Shown piece after piece: positions 1 through 12,399 of a stretch of DNA of 64,000 nucleotides. The notes below the pieces were generated by a model that was not told the origin of the DNA, made no database searches, and saw only the letters and a list, made by a program, of their open reading frames with translations. Source of the DNA: Lobosporangium transversale (lineage: Eukaryota); the NCBI RefSeq assembly GCF_002105155.1, contig NW_019029000.1, positions 1 through 64,000 of the forward strand. Reading direction: 5' to 3'. A program made the translations under genes and the position numbers. Numbering within the stretch: the first letter of the stretch is position 1; each line of letters begins with the position of its first letter.

Positions 1-2673
1 AACCATCTAGCCTCGTAAGCCCTTAGCCCAAGTTGTTTACTCATTTGCTCATTCATTCTCAGTTGATTTTGTATCTCCACCTCTTTTCGCCTCTCTTTTC
101 CCTTCCCCTGGCTCAATCCCCCTCTTGGCCCATCTCAAATTTTCATTAGATTGAACATCGTAAGCATCTTACATCGCAATATTAATATAAAATAACAAAA
201 AAAGGGCATGGGGCACTCAGGGATGCTGTAATATTGCCCTATTGTTTTTTTTTTTTTTTTTTTTTTTTGTAGGACCACGACATACAAATTAAATATATAC
301 ATATAATGATATAAATATATATACTCTGTAGTAGTTTTTTGGAGATAGCTTTACAAATATATTATACGATTTACCCCCCAAATGACATTTTAAAAAAAAA
401 AAAAAAAAAAAAAGTTCGAAACTGCACCAAGTGAAGTTAATATAAATGATTATAGTACTCATTCTTTCTCCTTGTAAAGCCTTGTCTAAAGTGATGACAC
501 TTGAAAAGTAAGGGATCAGGTTGTAAGAGCGTCTAACGAGCGGAGAGAACTCAAATCAATCTTCTAAACAAGAGCCATATTTGAAATGCAATATATGCTG
601 GTAGTGGATCGACGTCTTTAAAAAAAAATAAAACAAAATAAAAATAAAAAAGGGCCCGTGGAGAAGCAGGGTTGATTTCTATTTATCTGTAATCAGAAAG
701 CTGACTGCTCGTAGCCTGTCATCTTTGTCACGCATCGGCGATTGAGAACCTTTCCGGCAACTCTGTACCTTTTGAATTAGCTACTTTTCCCTTTATTACT
801 GTCCATCTTAATTCTCTATTATTTTCTTTCTTTTTTTTTTCTTTTGGAGTAAAGAATAATAGGACACATGGTCCTTGTCTCCTTTGTGTGGACTTATTTG
901 ATCGAGAGTCAGACAATAAAATATAAACAAAAGCACCTTATCCAGTTCTCTTGAACAAACCTTGCAATGCACTTTGCTCACACGACATTTTTTGGTATAT
1001 CGATGTCATTCTATTCAAACAATTTATTTTTTAAAACACGACTTCATACAACGCGATAGGGTCTCAGGGAGGAAAAAAAAAAAAATAAAAAAAAATAAAA
1101 AGAGCATTGGATAGGACGAGACAGAAAGAAGGACACGCGAATGAAATAGGAAAAAAAAAACCTATTTTTACGCTATTGTCCCCAGATTGGATGCTTGAGC
1201 TAAAAAAAATCCATCTTCTCTCTGCTCTCATTTTGCTCTCAATCCTTTGTCTTTTTTTTTTATTTATTTACAGTTTATATTCCAGTGCGCTTCTAATCAA
1301 CTCTCTTTTTTTTTCCTCACTCCTATTAGAAAGCAAACAAAAAAAAAAGTCTGTGTAAAGAGGCTTGTTGTTGATCAGACCAACAAACGAATCTTGAGAG
1401 CACGAGAATGAGCAATATAAGCGAGAAAGCGACTTGGATATGATACTCTCTTTTTTCTCTAAAAGCATACAGATCGCCTTTTTTTTATATTTATTTAACG
1501 ATTGTTGTTTGTATGCTAAGGCGATGTTGCGCTAAACTAGCATGAATTACAAATATGTTTTTTATTTTTGAGCCATTAACTCACCTCTTTCTTTAAACAT
1601 CGTTCATTGCAATAAGGCTTGTACTCGGGTCGGTTATCCTTAACAATTACATCAACATAAAGGCAACTCGAGAGAGCAGGAATGAAGGAGAGAGAAAAAC
1701 GGAGAAAGGGAGAAACACATGTAACCGAAACAAAGATATTCAGGTACACGGGTATACTTTAATATATTACGTCTCACTCTACGCTCGCTTTCTATCCTCT
1801 CATCTCCTGTTGTATTGAAATCAAAAAATCTGCGCTCCTTGTCATTATCATGATTTATGTGTCTACGTGAGAGAGAAGTTTTTTTTTTTTTTTTTTTTTT
1901 TTTTCCCTAGAAAAAGAAAATAGAAAAGGACTAGTGCAAAAGCTCTCTCTCCCTCTGTCAAAAGAAGGGCGATCAATCATGGCAACCCAGGCTTCAAAAT
2001 GTCATGGTGCATTCTTGCTCTCTTTGTTTTTCTTTTCTTTTTTTTTATACGACTGCATCAAGTCAAAATTTTACATGGTAGTGCTCATCTCCGGATCTTC
2101 GCAACCGTGCGGTGGTCGATGGTTTCCTAGAGTAAAAAGAAGAGTCTTTGTCTTAAAAGTTATTTATAAACATTCCTACAATGGTTTAATAATTATCCGT
2201 TACAAGGGAAAATATAACAACCTTAAATGCTGGCCGTGAGTTGCCTTGTCTAGGAATAGAGACGCTTAGAAGCTTTCTTTCCCCGTTATAATTTTTTTTT
2301 TTAAATAAAAAATAGGACGCACACAGAGTCTAGCGTAATTCTATCAACATGTTAAAAAAAAAAAAAGGTTTTTTTTTGCGGTGACTGAAGGACGCGATTG
2401 TTGGCGAGACTTGACTCCACATTATTTGACTGTCTTCTTCGTAGTTTTACTAAACCAAATGGCTCCAATCACGCGTCGATATCATCGATAGTAATAGATT
2501 CCAAGGCTGTCCAATAGCACTGCTCCATCAAAAGGTCAAAAAAATTCTGCGTGACTGGCCATTATGGCGCGAGAAAAATCACCATCCTGTCTAACACAAA
2601 GTTCAGGGACTATTTTCTAACTGTCACTTTTTTTTTTCCTTCTTTTCTACTTCATTCCTCATTCATCTCCATC

Positions 2674-2991
2674 ATGTTCGGGACAGGACTCTCATCTGTG
2701 GCGAAGCGCAGCTTTACGACTTTTAAACCTGTTATCTCAGCAGCCAAGGTACAATTTTTACACCACAGAGAAAAAGAAAAAATCTTGACAATTCAACTTG
2801 TTTCCAATAGAGGCAGTTCAAGGAAAACAATGTGTACATTTTTAAGCTCTAAGTCAATGATCTATTCTTTTTCTGTTTCCATAATTATTGGATTAATAAA
2901 AAAAAAAAAAAATTAGCCTGTTGATGGGTTTGTCGGTGCTTTGGGAAACACTCCTCTAGTAAGTGGTCGCATTCTTTCCACCTCGTTTTTA

Positions 2992-3024
<33 letters not shown>

Positions 3025-3657
3025 CCTTCGCCTTATATTAATTTCTTCCTTTACTTTCAAACGTATATTTGCTTGATTAGATCCGTCTCAGTAAATTAAG
3101 CGAGGAGACCGGAAGCAACATCTATGCTAAAGCTGAGTTCATGAACCCTGGTGGATCTGTCAAGGATCGTGCTGCTCTTTATGTCGTCAAGGATGCTGAG
3201 GAGAAAGGTAAAATTGACTTTAATAAAATAAATGATAGTAACAATAAAACGATTTTGCTCTGGAGCTACTTTTTTGTACTGACTTTTTTTTTTATTTTAC
3301 TTTATTTTATTTTATTCTCCTTATAATGCTTGTAGGCCTTATCAAACCCGGCGGTACCGTTGTTGAGGGAACTGCTGGTAACACTGGAATTGGTCTTGCG
3401 CATGTCTGTAGAGCTAAGGGCTACAAGTGTGTGATCTACATGCCCAACACCCAGAGTCAGGAGAAGATCGATCTTTTGCGTATGCTCGGTAAGTATCGGA
3501 AATGAAAACCGTTTAAAACAAACCCTTAATCGTCAAATTACGAGTCTAGTCTGTACTTCCAATCATTTCAACTGCGCGTCATGATCGCCTCTCCCAACTT
3601 TATCTTCCGTTTTTTTTTTTTTTTTTTACTCTTCCTCACCTTTGATTTCTTCTGTGA

Positions 3658-3708
<51 letters not shown>

Positions 3709-4111
3709 ATTTACCTTTTTCATTTTGTCTTAGGTGCTGAGGTCTATCCTGTTCCAGCTGTGGCCTTCGATAATCCTCAGAATTATAACCATCAGGCTGC
3801 TCGACATGCTCAATCAATCGAGAACGCTGTCTGGACCAATCAATTCGACAACACAGCTAACCGTCAAGCTCATATCGAGACCACAGGCCCTGAAATCTGG
3901 AAGCAATTGGATGGTCAGGTTGATGGTTTTACCTGCTCTACTGGTACTGGTGGCACTTTGGCTGGTATCGCTCGTTTCTTGAAGGAGAGGAGCAACGGAA
4001 AGGCCAAGATCTTCTTGGCAGATCCTCCAGGTTCTGTCCTTTACAGTTATTTCAAGAGTGGTGGACAGTTAGTAGAGCGTAGCGGAAGCTCTATCACTGA
4101 AGGTAAGAAGC

Positions 4112-4144
<33 letters not shown>

Positions 4145-4589
4145 TGGAAAAAACTTTTTTTTTTCCTCCTTCCTGTTCTTCCGGCGAATTTCCAAAAGTA
4201 TTCCCATACTTAAATAATACATTGTGACCTTTTTTTTTTTTTTTTTTTGTTGCTTATTAGGTATTGGTCAGGGACGTGTCACTGACAACTTGAAGCCCGA
4301 TATTGAGTTGATCGATGATGCACTTCAGATTCCAGATGAAAAGTCAATTGAGATGGTTTATCGCCTGTTGGATGAGGAAGGTATTTATGTGGGAGCATCA
4401 TCTGCATTGAATGTAGTTGCAGCAGTAGAGATGGCCAAGAAGTTGGGACCTGGCAAGAACATTGTTACGATCTTGTGTGATGGTGCTTATCGTTACCAAT
4501 CCCGCCTCTTCTCCAAGAAGTGGCTCGAATCCAAAGGCCTCACAAACGCTATCCCTGAGCACTTGAAGAAGTATGCTACCTTAGAGTAA
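2674..4589 (+). CDS. Cysteine synthase (O-acetylserine sulfhydrylase, PLP-dependent), 6 exons: 2674-2748, 2917-2958, 3081-3207, 3336-3488, 3734-4102, 4261-4589
   Basis: Spliced product contains [19 protein letters not shown] (PLP lysine), [19 protein letters not shown] and EGIG motifs; all introns are GT-AG and keep frame. Exon 1 ([18 protein letters not shown]) resembles a mitochondrial presequence. Confidence 0.95.
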
Positions 4590-4605
4590 CCGAAGAAAAA
4601 AGAGG

Positions 4606-4639
<34 letters not shown>

Positions 4640-4692
4640 CATGCCAATTTCATTTAGAGTTTTATCATTAAAAGTAACTGAGTCTAATTATA

Positions 4693-4762
4693 AATAAAAA
4701 TAAAAAATAAAAAATAAAAAATAAAAAATAAAAAATAAAAAATAAAAATAAAAATAAAAAAA
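4693..4762. repeat. (AAAAATA)n-type microsatellite between convergent gene ends
   Basis: Directly visible tandem taaaaaa/taaaa units. Confidence 0.8.
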
Positions 4763-4932
4763 GCGTTTATCGATCTTTATTTATTTTATATTTCATTTTT
4801 GTCTATCCTAATTGCGTAAATGTGTATCATGGTGTCAAGGTATGGGTAAGGATAAGAGTAAGTGGAGGAAATGAGAGGGATCAAGGGCAGGGAAAAGAGT
4901 GAGTTAAAGGGAATTTTTTTTTTTTTTTTTTT

Positions 4933-5965
4933 TTAATTTGATCCAAAGAGTCCCCAGTTTTTGACTTGGAAAGATCCGAGCAAGGTACGGAACCAAAGCT
5001 CTGCCTCTTGAATGTCACCTGCATGAGCCACTTCTCTAGAAGAACTAATCTCCGAAATTTGAAGGGGGACATTGTATGAGATCACGATATCGGTTTGCTG
5101 AAGGGGCAAACGGATGACGACCATCATGATCTGGACTAAATTGCGTGCATCTCCTCCAATGGCTCGAGTTTGACGTTCGTTATACTTTGCAATACGCTGC
5201 TGACCAAGTAGAAGATAAAGCTTTGCCTCAATACTATTAAGAAGGGAAAAAGAAGGAAGGTAGAAAGAAAGGAAGGAAAGTTGAGGAGGGGATGTTGGGA
5301 AACGTTTGAAAAAAAACCCAGCAGGCTCTAGAATTATAAAAGAGAAAAACTTACGGCCATTGAGGAAGTTCTGAATTACTGAGAACAGACACACTTTGAA
5401 CAACAGAAGAATCTTCAGCATCATTGTCTTCAGCCAATTGCTGATAATGGTATCTAATAGGCCATATATTGATACAAAGATGCATATATATACACACACA
5501 TTCATACAAAAAAAAAAAAAAAAAAAAAAAAAAAACAAAAGAGTTACTTTCCCATCAACCATCAATCCTGAAGTAATTTTGTCCGCAAAGTACTTTGCAT
5601 TTTTTTGTGTTAGTAATGATTAAAAGAAGGAAAAAAAAAAAAAAAAGAAAAAACTTACGCAGCACAAGCGTCATCTGCTGTATCAACCATTTCCAAAATC
5701 TCAACAATAACACTTTGATCTTCGTCTGCGTTCACGAACACCTCTTGATGATCTGGAACTTCACGAAATTGGCTAATTAATCAATTTTTTTTTTTATTTC
5801 ATTATGCTTAGAACTCTTTATTATCATAGCAATAAGCTAAATAAAATAAAATAAAATAGTAAAAGTAAAGATAAAAAGAAGAAATTCTAACCTGATATCA
5901 TCAAACTTTGGAGGAAGATTCAAAGTAATGGCACCGCCAAATAATTCTCGTTCAACAGTGGCCAT
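4933..5965 (-). CDS. MOG1: Ran guanine nucleotide release factor Mog1 (Mog1p/PsbP fold), exons approx. 5965-5892, 5772-5659, 5454-5355, ~5226-4933
   Basis: Spliced product MATVERELFGGAI...DISQFREVPDHQEVF...DQSVIVEILE...YHYQQLAEDNDA...IRLPLQQTDIVISYNVP...SFQVKNWGLFG matches characteristic Mog1/RANGRF motifs. Confidence 0.92.
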
Positions 5966-6353
5966 GAGAAGAGGAAATGAAAAATAAAAAAAATAAATAA
6001 AAATAAGGTCTGGAAGGGAATTGAAAATAGAAATAAGAATAGAAAATAAGATGACTAGGAGTTGTGTGAAAGGAAGAAGGTTATGAAGGTGAATGTAAAA
6101 AAAAAAAAAAAAAAAAAAAAAGAATGTTTTTAAATAAGCAGAATTCCTGTAAATTATAGCAGTCACTTACCGCTGCATTTAAAAAAAATTGACTTTGTCC
6201 TGCCGCTGCAGATATGAGGTGGCGATGCAAGGAGGCGCAATGGCGCATTTATTATTACATTATCAGAAGAAAAAAAAAAAAAAAAAAAGAAAAGAAAAAA
6301 AAAAGAAAAAATAATAAAGAAAAAAAATTACATTATAATACAAAGCGTTATTG

Positions 6354-9300
6354 TCATGCACGACCCTTGAGGGTACAGCGCCGACAATACCATGTCTTGA
6401 TTATATCATCCTCGCGTACGCCCACGCACCGCCCATGGAACCAGACCTGACACGAGTCACATGCAATCATGAATGAGCCGTCATCCAGTGTTGGATTGGA
6501 ACAAATACAATCAATCACTTCCTGGCTATCATCCTCTATGGCTGCTTGGTAAGGAGCTGAGTAATCACGAGAAGCCCCATGTAATGACCCGTGTAGCCCA
6601 TTGGATGATGATGAAGTCGAGTTATGGTGATGGTGACTCTTGTGGTGTTTATGGTGTTTATGGCGACTACTACTTCCATCTTCATCATCACTGTCACGTC
6701 GATCACGGTCACGATCACGACCGCGATCCCGATCCCTATCTTTGGATTTGCTCTTCTTTTTCTTCTTCTTTTCTCGATACCGTGCTTCATCATCATCATC
6801 ATCATCTCCAAAATCATACTCTCGTGATGACTTTTTGGATTTCTTATGATGCGACGATGATCCTGACAAGGATGTGATAGAAGACGACCTATGGTGATGG
6901 CGGCCCGATGAAGGATGTTGCCCATGCTCTCGCTTAATAGAAGATGGAGAAGTCTCTTGATCTCCTGTAGAAGACATTGAAAATTTGAACCGAATCTTAG
7001 GTGCTGCTGGGACAGAGGGGGTTGTAGGGGTGGCTGTAGAAGGCGTTAGCTCCTTTGCACTGTTAGCGCTAGGCTGCATTGAAAGTGGCAGCTCTGATAG
7101 AGAAATTGGTTTCGGAATTGGCTTTGGTGTCGTCCGCACCACTGAAGGCTGCTGCTGCTTATAATGCTGTTGTTGTTTCTGCTGCTGCTGCTGTTGTTGC
7201 TGTTGTTGCTGTTGTTGCTGTTGTTGCTGTTGTTGCTGTTGTACTGAATTAGATGGAGTTATCGGAGCTGGCGTCACGCCTGCAGACGAGACTAAAGCAA
7301 CAGAGGGCGCTATCCTGCCGGTGCTGCTCTCAATTTTAATTGGTACGAGTGGGGTTACCGTAGACGTAGGTACCGGTGTTGAAGCCAGCGGTATCGTCGT
7401 ATGAACACCATTCACATCAGAGAGAGGATTGACAACCGTTGGCGTAGAACTTGAGCCATGTGCAGCAAGTAAAGCTGCTGGATCAAAATTGGATCCTATC
7501 CTGGACAGTATGCTGGGGTTGATAGGCGTAGCACTTGGACCATTCGTCGAGATTGTTGAAGTTGATGTTCCCAAAGGTGCTGTTTGTGAAACTATAGCCG
7601 CCGATGCAGATGTTGGAATCTGAGCTATTGGATCTGTGGCTGTAACGCTCGACTTCCGTGACCCTGGTTTCTGTTTGCTTCCAACCCCAATTGTGCCAGA
7701 AGAGACCCCGATGGTATTTGGGACAGCCGCAATATTATTTTGAGGAGGATAAATGACAGTTGAAAGTGAGGAATTTGAGAATGAGCTCTTCCTAGACCCA
7801 GTCGCCACATGTGTTCCTATAGTGCCTACAGACGACACCTCTCCTGTCGAGTGGAAATTCGTGTAAGACGCTCCGTTTACATTCTTATCAGTAGGCACCA
7901 TTGGTGACATGGCATCCTGCACAGACACTCCTGAATTCGCGAATTTGTTCATAATGGGAGGAGGTGCTGATTGCTGCAAAAGAGACTCAATCATTCCAGA
8001 ATCTGGGGAATTAGAAAACAAAGTTACTGATGTTTCCCCTGGTCGGGCAATTGCAAGAGCTAGCCGGGATTGGCTCTTAAGACGCCTTGGATAGGCCAAA
8101 GAGTTTTGTGAGCTGTCCATGAGGCCCATAAGTGTATCCGAGAACAATTGCTGTGCCTTTGGAGACAATCCAATTCTTGGTTTTGTGGTTCTAGTCCTTG
8201 GTGTAGTTGCTTTCAAAGGTAATGCACCGTACAAGGGCGATAATGGGAGTCTGGACTCCATAAATGGCACGATATGTTTATAAGGATTGAAATCTTTTTG
8301 TTTGGCGGTTTTGGTTGGTTGCGCTAAATTAGTGACCGCAGTGTCCGCTGAACTTTGAGATGTGCTAATCGAGAGCTTCATCAAGTCTGGCTGAGCTGCA
8401 TCTTCTTCTGCTTTGAGAGACCTGCTAGTCTTTGTGTCCAGTCCAGATGCTGGTATCTCATTCAATGTAGAAGCGCTATCAAGACTGCTAGCAGCCTGAC
8501 TATTTCTGATCTCAGTTTCATCATTAACTTCTTCGTCCAATTCTTCCACAGGTAAATTACATCCTGGAAATGGTGGCATGAAATCTGGTATATGTGATGG
8601 TTTTGACTCTGGAATCCATTTAGGGCCTTTGACATGTCTTTCCAAAGTAAGTTCCTTAACCGTAGCTGCATCTTCATCGCTAGAAGCTTCTGGATACGCA
8701 TATTCATCCTGCTCTTCTTCCGTCTCTGGTAGGACAAAGCCTTCTGGTAGGACATGCCATTCGTATACATTTCTGTTAGAAGTTTCTCTTTCTCGTCCAT
8801 TCCAAAGGAGATCTATCGCATCCACATATACAAATGACGTTATAATGAATGTTTAGGACTCTTATCGTTACTGCGATACTAGAGTTGAAGCCTACATGAA
8901 GTCCTAGGACAAAGCAGAATACAATACCATTGATGACACGACCGGGATCGGCACCTTTCCAGGATGGCAACACAGGTCGATTAAACACGTTAGGTCCTGG
9001 CCCTGTGGTCGTTCCTGACGTATTGCTGACACCATTAGCGTTAACTCCGCCTGATGCCTGGCCTGTATCTTCTGATTCCGTAGTTATAGCTGCAGATGAT
9101 GAGAATGGTGCCACAATGTTCTCTCCGCCATTTTCTTTGAGCCATTCCTTCAAATCTGATAACTCGATACCAAGGTCCGATAAGCCAAATGCAACATCAA
9201 ATGCCGTGATCTGAGATCTTCCAGAGAGCTCTGCAAACTCCTTGGCAGACTCTGCTAGGTAGGATAGGTATTTTCCTAGACAATCCACCAGAACGGACAT

Positions 9301-9585
9301 TGAGTTTGCTTGAACAGCATCGTATCCTGCTGCCTGTAAGATGTGAAGTGTTGAGATGCGGAGCACTGATTGACAAAAATTGGCCAGCGTGGATGGATCG
9401 CGTTCATGCTGATGGTTGGTAAATACGATCAAGTCGCTCTGTGGGTTGCGTTGTTGATGACGGTTTCCATTTACAAGCACGCGATCCTTGCGAAAAGGAG
9501 TGGGTGATTTGCGAAGAGAATAAGATCGTTTGATAGCGTTGGATGTAGCGGGCACTGATCCACTGCGCTCCCCTGCCTCTTTCAT
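6354..9585 (-). CDS. TAF3-like protein: N-terminal bromodomain-associated (Bromo_TP) histone fold, long low-complexity linker, C-terminal PHD finger; intron 8813-8927
   Basis: Histone fold (ISTLHILQAAGYDAVQANSMSVLVDCLGKYLSYLAESAKEFAELSGRS), PSHIPDFMPPFP motif and C4HC3 PHD (CIC...MIACDSCQVWFHGRC...WYCRRC). The GT-AG intron joins the two ORFs in frame. First ATG is at 9585 (the ORF track start is TTG). Confidence 0.85.
7178..7241 (-). repeat. CAA/CAG polyglutamine tract within the TAF3-like gene
   Basis: (tgt tgt tgc)n on the plus strand; run of about 20 Gln in the protein. Confidence 0.9.
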
Positions 9586-10212
9586 TGTAGTAATAGATTG
9601 ATAATTTTGATGAAAATGAGAATCAAAGAGTGGAGATGTTGAGGCGACGGTGGACACAGGTGTCAATAGAGACGCGTGCGCCTAACCCTGGAATGCGTGG
9701 ATGTTTAAAGAAGTGGGTTGATCGTTTGTCGATAAAGAGTAGTTTCGTGCTTCACTTCCGCTGCGCCTTTGACTAGGTCAAAGTGGCGAGGATATAAGGG
9801 AAAAATGAAAATAAAGGGGAAAAAGGAAGAATGCAGATGGAAGATTATATTGGCAGACAATCAATACAATATAAAAAAAAAAAGAGAAGGGAGAAAAACA
9901 GAATAAACAAATAGCTTTAGGAAATTAAGACGACACTTTTTTTTTTCATTAATAATGCTCTCTGCGATGCTGCAGCATCAAGAACAAGAAAGTGAAATAG
10001 AGAAATTGGACAACGGGCAGTTCTGCTTCTTGTCCAATGGTTGCTTGTGATTAACTCTCCTTGAAGCTTGGGTTTAGGTAAACATGTGACTTGCATGTTT
10101 GCTATCAACAGGAGATGGTCACATGATAAGAACGAATATTACGCACAGAAAAAGGAAAGATTTCGGACCTTCTTCACCATTCGCGGAAAACACCACTAGC
10201 AAACCGGACACC

Positions 10213-11346
10213 ATGGCTGGAACAGAGGACAGGAACAGCGAGTCTAAATGTCCCGTGGACCATTCAACATTCAAACATTTTCTACCCAGAGATGCTACTC
10301 CCCAGTCTACACTCCCAGAGGGTCACCCAGCAGTGTCTACGACAAGTCCGAACGGCGAGCCTGCAAAGTGTCCTGTCTCACCAGAAGCCCATAAACATTT
10401 TATGCCTCGATCTGCACAGTCCTCTTCAGGATCGTCACCAATATCATCGGCATCAAACTCAATACCCAAAGACACTGCAACGACAACGCCTATGCTTATG
10501 ATCGATCCAAAGAACAATATGCCTTCAAAACCAGATCAGTTTCGAGCAGCATCTCAACGTGTAGATCTCAACACTGAACGTGAATACAGCTCTATCCCTA
10601 AAGCCGCTACCTCTCCAGACCCCTATGGCGATAATAAGAACAAAGACGCTGGAGCACATAGTGCAGATCCCGATAATGACAAAGAAAACGTGTGGATCTA
10701 TCCTTCGGAACAAATGTTTTTCAATGCGATGAAGCGCAAAAACTGGAGTCCACGTGAAGAAGATATGAAGTTTGTAGTCCCAATCCACAACATGGTCAAT
10801 GAGATGGCTTGGAAACATATCTTACGCTGGGAGAAACTCATGGAAAAGTAAGAGACCGTAGAGCAATTTAAAAAAAAAAAAAAAAAAAAAAAGCTGGGGG
10901 CAAGGAATATTGATTAACCAATTGATCTTTTTTTTTTTTTTTTTTTTTTTTTGGTGGTTTATTAGCAAATGTGGTGGTCCCAAGTTGGTCAAGTTTGAAG
11001 GCAAACCAAAGGAGATCACCCCAAAAGCACGAATTCGTTCATGGATGGGGTAAAGTCTACGTGAATTTGGTTCTAGTTTTTAGATCTGGTGCGATTCTAC
11101 AATACTGATAGCTTTTTTTTTTCTTTTTTTAAAAAAAAAAAAAAAAAAAATAGATATACACTTCCTTTTGATCGACATGATTGGGTTGTCGATCGCTGTG
11201 GTAAACAAGTCACCTACATTATCGACTTTTACTCTGGCCAGCCCGATCCCCGCTACCCTGAAGCGCCTAGTTTTTACCTTGATGTCCGTCCAAAACTGAC
11301 GCTGGATGGAGCATGGCAACGATTCAAAAAGTTTATGTTTGATTGA
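10213..11346 (+). CDS. Holocytochrome c synthase (cytochrome c heme lyase), exons 10213-10847, 10966-11049, 11154-11346
   Basis: Two CPV heme-regulatory motifs, [57 protein letters not shown]. Confidence 0.96.
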
Positions 11347-11670
11347 ATAGAAAAAGAGAAAAAAGTAAATAGTAATAATAAAAATAGCTGTATAACAAAG
11401 CTACTTTGCTTCCACATGCCAATGCCATCTGTCAACGAGTAGTAGTTTGGAACCCTTTCTTGCTTCATTTCGCATCTAAAGGGAAATGACCATACTTCAC
11501 TAGCGTGCTTATCATGATAACCATAAAGGAACCGAGGCTTTCACACTACTACTTTATTATTCGGTAGAAAGCCGTCGGTGTTTTGAATACACGATTAAAA
11601 GGCATTGTTGCTCCTTCAAGAGATCCTTTAATAGCACGGTTGGAAGGTGCCGATTGCCTTTGGAACAACC

Positions 11671-11703
<33 letters not shown>

Positions 11704-11873
11704 GAGAGAATAAAGTGAAGGATAAATGGACCAAATGTTCTGGTGAATCAATTCCTCTTTCCTTTGTCTTTCTTCTTTCTTCAATCTAGGTGTTTTTATC
11801 ATTATTGTCATCTTATGTTGACACCTCCTTTATTCTTCCATACTCAAACTCAGCGATATTTCTCCGCTTTATA

Positions 11874-12399
11874 ATGGCAGTAAGACAGTGCTCCGCGAAG
11901 CTCGACCTTAATGCTCTTTACACGCCTTTCTGTAACCTGGTTTCAGGCAAACAATGTCTAGGCATCAATATCCAAGGATACGTGGTAAATGCCGTCCAAT
12001 TACAGAGTAGCGGAGGACAGTCCGTCTTGCTGGAGGATTGTCACTCTATTGTCTATCGAATAGTCTATTTTGATTACCCGACCACATTGAGCTTCTTGCC
12101 AGGAGACTTTCTCACTCTCCAAAATATTAACGTAAGATAAAATAAAAAAAAAATGTGTATTATTATTTTCACTTTTTTATGCAAAGTTGTTCTTTACTGG
12201 TGCCATTTTTCTTAATTTCTTTTTTATTTCCTTCTCTTTCCTTTTACGTAATGATAATCAAAAGTATGTCCAAAGGGGTAGTTCTTGGGAACTAGTTGCT
12301 TTATCAGACTGTATGTATTGCAACATGGGATACTATGTACCATATCCTCCAAGGACAGATCGTTCTTCTGGCGCTAACAAGCGTAGCAAACAGATGTAA
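11874..12399 (+). CDS. Small putative single OB-fold protein A (130 aa), exons 11874-12131 and 12265-12399
   Basis: Spliced GINIQGYVV...FLPGDFLTLQNIN|YVQRGSSWELVALSDCMY aligns without a gap across the junction to GINIRGYVK...LEIGDLLVLWNADYRYNGEGWDIVATSTSLY of ORF 14162-14488. The OB-fold call is by motif pattern only. Confidence 0.7.

Noticed and set aside
1..2600. Short ORFs (728-916, 1107-1358, 1268-1468, 1934-2239)
   Set aside because: Mostly non-ATG starts, translations dominated by poly-A/T runs, no motifs; treated as intergenic.
5548..5592. In-frame TGA as a selenocysteine codon
   Set aside because: Mog1 is not a known selenoprotein, the segment is not needed for the conserved protein, and no SECIS was recognised.
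6473..8856. Multiple overlapping antisense or alternative-frame ORFs in the TAF3-like gene (similar cases in the PUF, Kelch and C2H2 genes)
   Set aside because: Shadow ORFs caused by low-complexity codon repeats in the real genes.
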